A program made the translations under genes and the position numbers. Positions 54,201-64,000 of a stretch of DNA of 64,000 bases are shown piece after piece. Within the stretch, counting starts at the first letter, position 1. Each line of letters starts with the position of its first letter. The DNA lies in assembly GCA_028534125.1 (NCBI GenBank), contig CM052816.1, forward strand, positions 57,166,001 through 57,230,000, written 5' to 3'. Below the pieces are notes generated by a model that searched no databases, had not been told where the DNA came from, and worked only from the letters and a program-made list of their open reading frames with translations. The stretch is from Lama glama (lineage: Eukaryota).

Positions 54201-56109
54201 AATGATTTGCCGGAATTAAACTGGTAACTTTCCCTGCCCTTGAACCAGGAGTTTCGGGATGAGTTTGCTAATCTCCCTGCTATTTGTAACCTGCCCCGTG
54301 ACACGTGACATGGATCCAACTGTGCCAGTTTCCACACCAGAGGTCAGGGCGCTATGGAAGGTGAGTCAAGGGCTCAGCCCAAACACCAGAGCGCCGTCAA
54401 CCCTGGGACCTTCCCCATCCCTGCCACTTCTCCCTGGCGGCCTGGCCACTTCGCCAGAAACCCAGGCAAGAGTTAACACCAATTGCATTAACCTTTTGAA
54501 AGTGCAAACACCTCGGATACCTAATACAGCAAGTTGTTCCCTGTTCTCACTGTGGTAAAGAATGAGTAGGCTTAGCTGATAACATAGGTGAGGAGACTCA
54601 AAGAGGGAAAGGTGGTGACTTGGGATCTGAGGGCTGGAGGGCAGGATGAGTGAGACAGGACTGCACCAGGGAGGCAGACTAATTAGGGTCCAACCCAAGG
54701 GATTTTCTGGGCCACTTGCCCCAGTGGCCAGAGGAGGACCACTGAATATTACTTTCTTGAATATCACCACCCCTTGTTCTGGGCTAGGTTCTGTGTTACC
54801 TGCTTTACCTACATACAGCCTGTTGTCCTTGGCTGTGTGTCTCCAGCAACTCAGAGAAGGTTGCAGTCAGAAGGCAATAGGGGAGCTAAAAAGGTAATTT
54901 TTCAGTTGAGGAAATCACAGCCCAAAGATGTAAAGTCACCTCCACAGCTGGTTAATGTGGAGCAAGGGCCTAAATCAGACGTCCTGCCTCTTCCTCTAGG
55001 ATATGCCTGTCACCCAGAGGACATTCAATGCCACAAACTCAGAAAATGGCTTTTAATTATGTGGCTTTTTGATCATGATAACACTACAGACACTGTAACC
55101 CAAGGACATTGCAGCAATCTATGTCCGGGTAGAGCTATCCTGGTCAACGTGTCAGGATATACCACCTGCTGGAAGGGCCTCAGAGCACACCCAGCTAACA
55201 AACAAATAACCAGCAGTGATTACACAACAGCAGCGGGCAAGTGGCTTTCTAAGAACGTAGCCCTGACTATAGGCTTCGCCTCCCAACACAGGCCTACTGA
55301 CAAGGGGATTTCCTCCTCCTTTCCCTACGCATTCTTTCCTCCTCCTTTATATGAAACTCAATCTCTGGCCACGACGTGTGTGGACTTGCAAGGGGCCTGT
55401 TGATACAGCTGCCCCTCCGGTGCCACATGACTGCAGGCTGGCCACACATGACAGACTTGAATGTACTGGCACCAAGGACAATCAGATTAGCCTCCACTTG
55501 GGATGTCTGCTACTTGGACTGTTTGTGTCTTTTGGAGCCTGTTTGACTAAATTAAACTCCTTGGAAACTGATCATCAGTCAAGTATGAAAGACATAACCA
55601 CCAGCCTTCAGGGTGCAGTCTTTGTAGCAGACTGGTTCTTAGGAAAGAGACTGGATGACCTTGTCATTATCGAAAGTCAAGTGGCCTTTTCCAGCCTGTG
55701 GGGTAGTGGAAAAAGATAAGCCCAGACTGAATCCTTAGGAAAATAGCACCAGAAGAAGCTTAAAAAATGGTTGAACCTTGAATTCAGGAAGTGAATACCG
55801 GGGGATGAAGCTGAGGAACACTTTCATTTATTCATTCAGCAAATATTTATTGAGTGCCGACCAAGTGCCAGTAAACAAAAGACAAAATCCTTTGCCTCGT
55901 GGAACTTATATTTTAATGAGAAGAGCAATAAAAGAAATATGTAAATTATACAGAGTATGAGAAGGTGAACAGTGCTATGGAGAAAAAAAAATCACAGATA
56001 AGGACTAGGGAGTCCTGGAAGATTCCAAGTTCAATAGGGTAGATAAGGAATGCATCGTTGAGAAAGTGGCATTGCAGCAAAAACATGAGGGGAATAAGAA
56101 AGCAAGCAT

Positions 56110-56785
56110 ATTGGTTATTTATTATTGCATACGAAATTATCCCAGGGGAGAGGGTATAGCTCAGTGGTATAGTGCATGCCTAGCATGCATGGGGTCCTGG
56201 GTTCAATCCTCAGTACCTCTATTAAAAAATAAATAAACCTAATAACCTGCTAAAAAGAGTAAGAAAAAAATTTTTTAAAGCAAACTTTTTTAAAGAAAAA
56301 AAGAAAAAAATTATCCCAGAAGGTAGAGCTTTAAACAATGAAAATTTAATCTCGTACAATTTCTGAGGGTCAGGAATCTGGGAGCAGCTTAGTAGGGTTG
56401 GTTTTGACCCAGGATCTCTCATGAGGCTGCAGTTGAGCAGTTTGCTGGGGCTACATCATCTGAAGGCCTGACTAGGGCTGAAGTGTCTCCCAAATGGCTG
56501 TTGGCAGGAGGCCTCAGTTTCTTACCAAGTGAACCTCTCCAAAGAGCCACTTGAGTGTCCTCAAGACATCGCAGCTGACTTCCCCCAGGTGAGTGATCCC
56601 AGAGAGAGCAAATGAGGAGGAAACTTCAGTGCCCTTTATGATGTAGTCTCTTCAGTCCTGTACCATCACTTCTGCTTTTATTCCTTTGAATTGAGTCACT
56701 AAATCAAGGAGAGGGGGATTAGGCTCCCCCTCTTGAAGGAGGGAATATCAAAGAATTTGTCAACATATTTTTAAAACTATCACAG
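56110..56785 (-). mobile_element. MLT1 (MaLR) solo LTR carrying the SINE insertion
   Basis: ggttatttattattgcat...gctgttggcaggaggcctcagttt...aagaatttgtcaacatattttt. Same family as the 37.5-kb copy, opposite orientation. Confidence 0.75.
56146..56307 (+). mobile_element. tRNA-derived SINE (Vic-1-like, camelid) inserted in an MLT1 LTR
   Basis: A box TAGCTCAGTGG, B box GGTTCAATCC and A-rich tail. Perfect 12-bp TSD aaattatcccag at 56134-56145 and 56308-56319. Confidence 0.85.
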
Positions 56786-59700
56786 AGAACTGTGGTGATA
56801 TTTTGGGGAAGAAGGGAAGAGTACTTCAAGCAGAGAAAAGAGCAAGTGCAAAGGCCCTGCGGCAGGAGCAGGCATAGCATACTCAAGGAAGAATGAGAAG
56901 CCAGGGTCGATGGCTGCAGCAAGTGAGCAAGGAGGAGAGGAAGGGGAGGAGGTCAGAGAGAAAAGGTGTGGGTTTGCCACATCACCACATTGTGTAGGGC
57001 TTGGTGGGCTGTTGTAAGTGCTTTGAGTAAGATGAGAAGCCTTTGGAGGGGTTTTTTCGCTGAATGTGATGTGCTCTGATTTATTTTTAAAAAGAAAACA
57101 GAGACTTCTGGATGAGAATAGCTAGAGGAGGAGGAAGGGTGGAGATGAAGACGCTATATAGGGGCTATTATGATAACCCAGGAGAGAGATGACCATGGCT
57201 TATGTTTGGAGATGGTGAAAGATGAAATCTCATATATCTCAAAGGTAGAGTTAACAGGGTTTTTCATGGACTAGATGTGGTTTTTTGGCCCTGAGGGACT
57301 AGAAAGATAGTTTTGGCATTGACCAAGAAGACTGAAGGCAGGACAAGTTTGAGGGGGAAGCTTCAGAGTTGGGTTTGGGGCATGTTAACTTTGAGATGTC
57401 CATTAGATATCTGGGTGGAGAAGTTGAGTAGGCAATGGAATATATAGGCCTGGAGTTCCAGACTTCTGGAAGAAATAATTTCATATGGTCTGCCGGCAAT
57501 GTTTATTACAAAATCAAGAGGGCTGGGCCTGTCCTCTGGAAGTTACACGTGTGTATGTGGCTCCTGAGGGTTCCAAGCAGACAGAAAGCAAGGAGCAGAC
57601 TGATGCAGGACACTCCCCAGGGCACTGCCAACCCAGAGAAGCAGCTCAGGATAAGTGATTGGCTTGGGTTGGATTGTAGAATTCAGTATCGCCATTTTTC
57701 AGGATTCACAAGACTGCACAAAGACAATCATTCGAGTCTGCCAGCTTTTAGTTTCTCTTTTCTCTTTTGGTTGCTCTCTGGTCCTGCCTCAAATTAACCT
57801 CAACACCCAGAAGCATGCCTTCCTCTCTTCCAGTTCCTGACATTTCCTGAGCCTCCCCCGGGGTTGGTGTACAGAAATTAACCCTCAAGTGCTTTGTCTT
57901 GTCTGTGTTTCAACCAATATTCCCAGGACTCCCAGTGACACCTATAAACCGAGCTGGCCCCTCTCCAGCTGCCTAACCCTGCAAAGGATGCTGCAGTTGG
58001 GAGGCCAACATTCCTGGTGCATTTTCCTCCTCCCTTACCCAATGTTGGATGTAGACCCAGGGGCCTGAGAACTATGTCTGGGGGGGATTGACTAATTTGG
58101 GAAGCTTGAGCTGAGGGTTTCAATTTGGACCCTTAGCTGACCCCCAGTGCAAAGACAGATTCATTGCAGAGCCATTTTATTGCCAGAGATGGTGCTGTTG
58201 ATTTTGCATAGTTGATAACAGCTCATCTTGAATGGTTAACGGAGCCAGGGGTATGGAACACAAGGAATTGTTTCAAAGAAAATGAATGTGAAGCTTTGCT
58301 ACTTAGTCTTACCCACAGAAGCCTCCACTCAGTCAAGGGAAAGAGACTCCATCAACAGTGGTGGCAGCATCTGGGCAGCAGACTAGAGGAGACCAGTGTG
58401 TTGACAGGAAGAGTTTTATTGAAATGTAGTGGTCTCCTGTCTCCTGGCGTCTGGTGTTGGCTCCATCAAACACCTGCAGCTCACTGGGTCCCAAGGAATG
58501 AATTATTCCTCCCCAGCATATAAAAAGGGGATGAGTCAGACCTCAGTTCAGGTCTCGGCTTTGCCACTTACTAACTGTGTGACTTTGAGCAAGTAAACAA
58601 CTTTTCTGTGTCTCAGTGTCCTCATGTGTAATGTGGGAATAAGCAGACCTACCTCAAAGGATGTCTGGAAGAGTAAGTTTCTGGCACATGGCAGGGAGGC
58701 TGATCTGACCTCTAAGGTGCAGTTTGCAATGGATTGAACTACTGCCAACTCAACCCGCTCCTCCCTGCAGCGTTATCTCCTGGTTAGTTCTTGGCGTCTC
58801 ACATGTGTGTATCACATGATCTCAAAAACTAGCCGTCCAGATGGTCACCCTGTGTTATCTGCCCTGTTGTTCTACCTCTGCTCCACTAGTGTCTGCAGCC
58901 ACCCAAGCTGCTGGAAGGCGTCTTGCTGCTGTCCCTGGTGGGATACGTGGGGTCCTGCCGGGTGCTCCCCTAGCCAGCCAGTGGCCAGGGTTCAGGGTTC
59001 TACCTGCCTGACCTCTCCCAGGTCAACATGCACGTCTCAGCCCTAGTGCTGCGCCCTTGGGCCTAGCCCTCCACTTCCTGGATGCCACTGATGATTGCAA
59101 AAAGGATTCAAATCAGCTTACGGTATTTCAAAAATATAGCCGGATGAAATAAGTATGAAAATGAATGAGAAAAAGAAAAAAAAGACAAGGAAAATATAAC
59201 TGTATTTCCTACCTCATTTGAACAGTCCGTTGCTAATATGTGGGGTGGGCTGGAATCCTTTTGGTGTTATGCATTCAGGTCATTTACCCATTTTAGGGTC
59301 AGATTTGGAAACCTGTCTGAGACACTTGGAGATGGTTCTCCGAATGGACCAACCCAGACAGTTGGGAGCGGGCCATCTGACTGCTGCGATGCTGTATGTG
59401 GGGACCCCAGCACCCTGCTGGGGGCCTGGTGGGCGGGTGCAGCCTCCCCAGGTGGTGCTGGTCACTCCTCACAGTCTCACACTTGAGCCCTGGCCTCTCC
59501 CGCTGCAGCCACTGCTGGCCTAGAAAGTGAAGCAGTAAGAACCTGGACACCTGAGAGCTGGGCGTCTGACAAATTAAAGGCAGTTTGGCAGGAAGCCACC
59601 TCCCAAGTGCCCCGGATTTTAACAAAAGGCCCCTTGTCACAGCCACAGAATGCAGGTAAAGCCAGGGCTTGAGGCAGCCTTGATTCCGAAAGAAGGAAAA

Positions 59701-61019
59701 GAAAACTGCTCTTTGGGGCTTTTCTCATTAACCTACCTCACAGGTTTATTGAAAGGATTGAATGAATACAGCAGGACCTGTGGGACTTTGTGCTTGGGTG
59801 CAATTCGGGGCAAAATGTTTTCTCCTAATTAATAATAACAGTTAACCCCTGCATGAAATCTGCTCTGTGTGCTTAGGGATGTACACGTCTTCCTCACTTG
59901 CATTTCATAAAAAGCCGATGAGGCTGGTGTTGCCGTGCCCCGTTTTACAGATGCACAGATTAGTGAGCAGTTCCTGCTTGCCGGGAAGTGGTGGAGCTGG
60001 GCTTGAAGCACCAAGCTTTGTTATGTTTTATCATTTTCAGTTACAAAGCCCTCTAGCTTTGTCAAAAGGGTAGTTTGCATTTCTGTTTCTCATTGTCGTT
60101 GTCACTATTTGGGGACAATTTTGAAGGGGAGAAAAGGGCAGCATTTGTTGTGAAGTAGAAATCTCCTGGGGTGAATAGGATTTTGAATATCAGGGATGGA
60201 GGAGAGGGAGAGAGGCAGGCATCCCAGATGGACTCAGAGAACGTGATGGACAAAAGCCAGAGGTCTGAAGAGTGCTTTGAAATTAATTAGGCTAAAGGAC
60301 TGCATGATGTGAGAGAAATTTACTTGGCAAAATTCAGAAGGATGATACTTTGGAGATCCTTCACTGCCGGATTGTGATGCTTTTACTCAATTCTATAGGC
60401 AAAGGAGAACCATTGAAAGATTCTGGGCGGGGAATTAGCAGGCCATAGCTTGTAATACAGGTTGAAAGTGGAGGAGGCGTCCTGCAGCAGAGACCAGTGA
60501 TGAGATGTTGCTGACACTCAGAAGAGACGCCATGAGGAACCAAACAAACCTGCCGGCCACACACGCATACGCACTCTTACAGTTTGATTTATTCACACAC
60601 AGTATAGTTCAAAAAAGATTTAAGCTGGTTGACAAAGATATATAATCCAACCGTATAAAATTAAATAACAAATGTTACGCTACAGCGTGGGATCCTGCCC
60701 ACCCCCTTCCCCTATCTGATTTGAATTCTTTGAAGACCAAACCAATGCGTCTTTTGTATCTTCCTCCTTCCTATTGGGAGGAGGATGCCTAAGACTGAAT
60801 GGAGGAAGGGAGAGCTAGTCTGACCGGAGCCTCCTGCCATCTCTCTCCTGCTCGGACCTTAGCGGACTTGGCAGGCCAAAGAAGGGCCGCAGAGGGAGTC
60901 ACTGAGGGAGGCCGTGGACTCCCTTTCCTAGGAGGGACTTAAAAATGGGGCAGTTTGGTCCTCACAACTTCTCCAGATTGGATTCCAGAAGGACATCTCT
61001 GGGACTTGTGGAAGTTGCT

Positions 61020-61800
61020 CTGGGGTGTGTGAGTTTAGGGGGAGGTGGGGCTTGGGGACGCTGAAACTCACGGTCAGCAGGGAGCGCGCACACTGAAGAT
61101 GACGGGGCGGGAAAATACCTTTACTGGCCCCGGCATAGAGAAGGAGCCGTTTATACAAGCAAATGAGTTTAACTTCAGATGTTCTCGCTCCATCCGAGCT
61201 GGGAGATGCTTATCCCAGGGGGGCCTGCTCTCCTCCAAGGCATCTTAACTTGCTAAGATCTTTCTGGCATTTTCAATTGAGGAGAGAAGGGTTTTCCCAT
61301 GTGAAAGCCCTTACGTGTGATACCAGCTGACGAGCATCAGCTAATCTCGCGGGACTTCTTTCTCTCGCGGGCCAATAAAAGAGGAACGTGGGTGGGGCCC
61401 AGAGGCCTCGCGTCTCAACCTGGCCCTGAGCAGGAGCCAGGCAAATTGTTTAATCTTTCTGTGCCTCAGTTTCCTCATCTGGAAGATAGGGTGATCTGGT
61501 CACTCTCCTTGTGGGCCTCTTCCCTGAGGCCGGGGAGAGGAGCACGCTTGCTGGTGTGGGAGGAGCGGCCGGAGTCCACGCGGCGGAAGAACACTCGCTG
61601 GATCGGAGGCCTTGCCAGGGCGGCCGCGCTGACCCGTGCTTGGGCCGCGGTGCTGTCGGCTGACGACGTGAGCCAGCGGCAGGCAAGGCGCCGGGGGCCC
61701 CGGTCACGCAGACTGGGAGCAGAAGGAGAAGAGGCCCTGGAGGAATCCTAACGCCGACTCTGCCGCGGCCTGACTGAGCGCTGGGGCAAGAAGGGCCCTG
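61020..61800. promoter_or_regulatory. Orphan CpG-rich region, promoter/enhancer-like
   Basis: Dense CpGs. GC box GGGGCGGG at about 61104, TCTCGCGGG at 61345 and 61363, CCAAT at 61372. No recognisable CDS. Confidence 0.55.
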
Positions 61801-62281
61801 GAGCTGAGGCCAGAAAGGCTTTTTTCAGCCCCAGACTCTTTACTCAAGCTCAGTCTAGAATATGGACTACCAGGAAGGCCCAGCGTGTAAAACAGACCTT
61901 GTCCCTCAGAACACAGCTTGATACCATGACCTGCCGTTTCTTCTACGCACGAGGAAACTGGGAGCCAGAGGAATCAGTGCTCATCTGAGCTCATCACGAC
62001 GAAGCCTAGACAAAATGGAAACAGTCCAGAGGTCACCCACGGTGATGGAGGTGGACGTCAGGACGAACCAGGAGAGATGGGAACGTGGATGGAGGAGGCA
62101 GCCAGAGGTAAGCAAAAAGCAGCAAGGGAGCCCTCACCCTCGCCCTCAGGGAGGACAAACTCCTGAGAGAAAGAGGGGACTCGGCTTGTCTCCCAGAAAG
62201 AGGGGAAAGTGAGGTCCCTAAGGAAAGGGGGAGGTCACTGGGAATAAGGTCAAGTTTTGTGAAAGGGAGGCGGGTGGCAAG

Positions 62282-63041
62282 AGCAACTCAACTTCCACCA
62301 TCAAGGCAGCTCTGGCACTGGGGGAAAAGCGTCAGGACCCATCCAGGTGACGGTTCCTTTAAGTGCAGGGCTCCTGGAGGTTGTGGGACTGGGATTGACT
62401 TTATGATGTGCATGAGTTTGGTGGGTCATTAAGTGTTAGCATGCAAGTAGAAGTTTACTTCAATTAAAGCTATTGGGAATTCAAGAATAGCAATTAAGAT
62501 TAAAATATTAAATGTGATAAAAGCCATAGTAGGGCTAATGCTTATTAAAGCTAAGTTTGCGCCTTCAGTTAAATGAATTAATAAGTGTTCAGCAGTAGTG
62601 CTGGCTGTGAGTTGTACAGCTGAGGCTATTGGTTTCAGTAATTTGCTAATATAGGAATAAGTGGGGTGTGTGTCCGTTGGAGCAGGAAATGGGCTCTAAA
62701 GATGCTCTTGTTTTGTGGGGGAAGCCAGTGATTACTGTTCCTGCTCATAAGGGAATGGCAATTCCTAGCTTTATCGCGAGCTGTGTAGCAGGTGTCAGTT
62801 AAGGTGGTAGAAAGCCTCGTAGGTTTGTTGAATCGATAAATAAGTGATACGAGTACTAAGGATTTCCTTTACCTGCGTGATTATGCTTAATGGCTCACCA
62901 AATTCATGCGTATCATGTAGTAAATCCCAGTCCCTGCCCACTTCAGGAGCCCTGCGCTTACGAGAACCCTTAACGCGGAAGGGTCCTGGCACTTTTCCCC
63001 CAGTACGAGTGCCGCCTTGATGGCAAAAGTTGAGCTGCTTC
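62282..63041. repeat. Diverged inverted repeat, arms 62282-62453 and 62866-63041, spacer about 410 bp
   Basis: The reverse complement of the right arm aligns end to end with the left arm. Shared blocks: ctcaactt, ccatcaaggc, actgggggaaaag, caggaccc, gcagggctcctg, gggactgggatt, gcatga, tttggtg, cattaag. Confidence 0.92.
62367..62429 (-). pseudogene. COX3: COX3 5' fragment at the NUMT boundary
   Basis: ATG ACC CAC CAA ACT CAT GCA CAT CAT AAA GTC AAT CCC AGT CCC ... GGA GCC CT (MTHQTHA.H.VNPSP...GAL). Confidence 0.88.
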
Positions 63042-63209
63042 AAATGGTCATCATTTGTTTTGATGTAAGTTGAATTTGTCATCATTGGATAGAAATTAAG
63101 TGGTTATTAATTAGTCCATTAGGTATGGGAAATAAAACACTTGGAAAAATACTAGAATAACAACAGATTATTATGTTTTGGATAGTGAAAGAGGTGAATA
63201 CGTCTTTAT
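62429..63209 (-). pseudogene. ATP6: ATP6 pseudogene, interrupted by an inverted insertion at 62866-63041
   Basis: Remnants of LINN.LIS.Q, QLTSKQMMT, STNL.G.LP, LGIAIPLWAGTVITGF, HLLIHL and YLH.NT*. The TAA overlaps the COX3 ATG by 1 nt, as in mtDNA. Confidence 0.9.
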
Positions 63210-63363
63210 TTTGTTTCTCAAAGGGTGTAATGTTTTGGCACTTTAATTGTTTTTAGTTCTGAGTTGAAAGATAAGAATGTTTTGCAACTTTAAGCTGAAA
63301 TATAATCAACAGTACTATAATTATAATAGTAATGAATCATGTTAATGTATCTAATTGAGGCAT
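63171..63363 (-). pseudogene. ATP8: ATP8 pseudogene
   Basis: ATG CCT CAA TTA GAT ACA TTA ACA TGA TTC (MPQLDTLTWF in mitochondrial code), then remnants of IFQLK, ELKT and WETK..YSPLSL. Confidence 0.9.
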
Positions 63364-63364
63364 A

Positions 63365-63402
63365 TCCTTAAGGAAAGGTTGAACTCTCAGTCTTTTTAAA
63401 AA
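63365..63402 (-). pseudogene. 3' remnant of mitochondrial tRNA-Lys
   Basis: ttttaaaaagactgagagttcaacctttccttaagga immediately upstream of the ATP8 ATG resembles the anticodon and T-arm half of mt tRNA-Lys, at its native position. Confidence 0.6.
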
Positions 63403-64000
63403 TTAGTTATTAATTCCACTATCGATATTCCTTGTTTAGATGCAAAGTCTTGTCAAATGATAAAAATCACTGGTATTACTCCTGTTAATGAAATGGTGAA
63501 TGTATGTATGAATGAGATAGTGTTTCATGTTGTGTATGCTTCTGGACAGTCAGAGTAACATTCTGGTATTCCTGAAAGGCCAAGAAAATACTGCAAAAAG
63601 AGATTAATGTTTATAAATATAAATGTTTACAAATGTGAAGTGAATCTTTGCTCAGGTTGAGTCCATAGCCTAAAAATAATGGAAGTCAGTGGACAAACCC
63701 TCTTATAATGGCGAATACTGCTCCAGTGATAAGACGTAGTGACCAAAGTGCGCTGCTGCATAGTATGGATCGTGAAAATCTATGAGGACGAATTAGCTAG
63801 GACAATTCCTGTTAGACCGCCTCCTGTGCATAAGAAAATAAAACCTAAGGCTCATAATATGGCTGGTGATCATTTAATATCGCCTCCATGGAAGGTTGCT
63901 AGTTAACTAAATAAATACTTCCACTCCTACAGGGATGGCAACAATTAGAGTAACTGACGTAAAATACACTTACATCAACATCTACTACTGTGAACATGTG
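63403..64000 (-). pseudogene. COX1: COX1 pseudogene fragment (C-terminal part)
   Basis: Recognisable remnants of HMFTV..DVD, LATFHGGDIK, ALGFIFL..GGLTGIVLANSS, GAVFAI..GFVHWLPLF, FLGLSG.P..YSD.PEAYTTWNT (mitochondrial code), all frameshifted. Confidence 0.92.

Larger units (their letters stand above)
55822..57462 (-). mobile_element. L2 remnant (split by the MLT1/SINE)
   Basis: ttcatttattcattcagcaaatatttattgagtgcc tail, then agcaagtgcaaaggccctg and ttggggcatgttaactttgagatgtccattagatatc...gagtaggcaatggaatata. Confidence 0.75.
62367..64000 (-). pseudogene. Nuclear mitochondrial segment (NUMT), degraded and rearranged; runs off the window end
   Basis: The minus strand reads as mtDNA in native gene order: COX1, tRNA-Lys, ATP8, ATP6, COX3. 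Many indels and in-frame stops. Confidence 0.93.

Noticed and set aside
54774..55403. 209-aa plus-strand ORF upstream of TMEM171
   Set aside because: Non-ATG start, overlaps MIR-like sequence, no recognisable domain.
56146..56220. tRNA-like sequence as a true tRNA gene
   Set aside because: It has an A-rich tail and TSD and the stems are imperfect, so it is a SINE.
37505..56785. Long-range inverted similarity between 37.5-38.0 kb and 56.3-56.8 kb
   Set aside because: Two independent MLT1 LTR copies in opposite orientation.
62015..62107. METVQRSPTVMEV... as a coding exon
   Set aside because: Good Kozak context and donor, but no recognisable homology and no downstream exon identifiable; kept only as part of the speculative transcript finding.
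62282..63041. Selection for G:U-compatible pairing between the inverted arms
   Set aside because: Transitions favour plus-strand wobble in the mt-derived half but the opposite in the flank-derived half, so there is no consistent signal.
62795..63085. 96-aa minus-strand ORF in the NUMT
   Set aside because: Chance frame crossing ATP6 remnants and the inverted insertion; not in the mitochondrial reading frame.

Overview
Mammalian nuclear DNA, very probably a camelid: a tRNA-derived SINE resembling camelid Vic-1 sits at about 56.1 kb, and I saw no ruminant Bov-A/BovB elements. Two intact minus-strand genes can be reconstructed exon by exon. TMEM171 has a CpG-island/TATA promoter at about 53.4 kb, a non-coding exon 1 and three coding exons (325 aa). 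TMEM174 has two coding exons (243 aa). Most of the rest is ordinary interspersed repeat (L1, L2, MIR, MLT1, hAT-Charlie), plus a 100-N assembly gap. The most unusual structure is at the right end: an old, rearranged nuclear mitochondrial insertion (NUMT; COX1, tRNA-Lys remnant, ATP8, ATP6, COX3 start; COX2 block missing). Its mito-nuclear junction has been copied in inverted orientation into the middle of ATP6, giving a ~175-bp inverted repeat just downstream of an orphan CpG-rich, promoter-like region. Also notable are a 20-bp tandem array of TCTCGCGAG (BANP/ZBTB33-type) motifs at 25.0 kb and visible sequence kinship between TMEM174 and both halves of TMEM171. Gene and repeat names come from my recall of the families, not from a database search. 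I cannot establish a new biological system from sequence alone.
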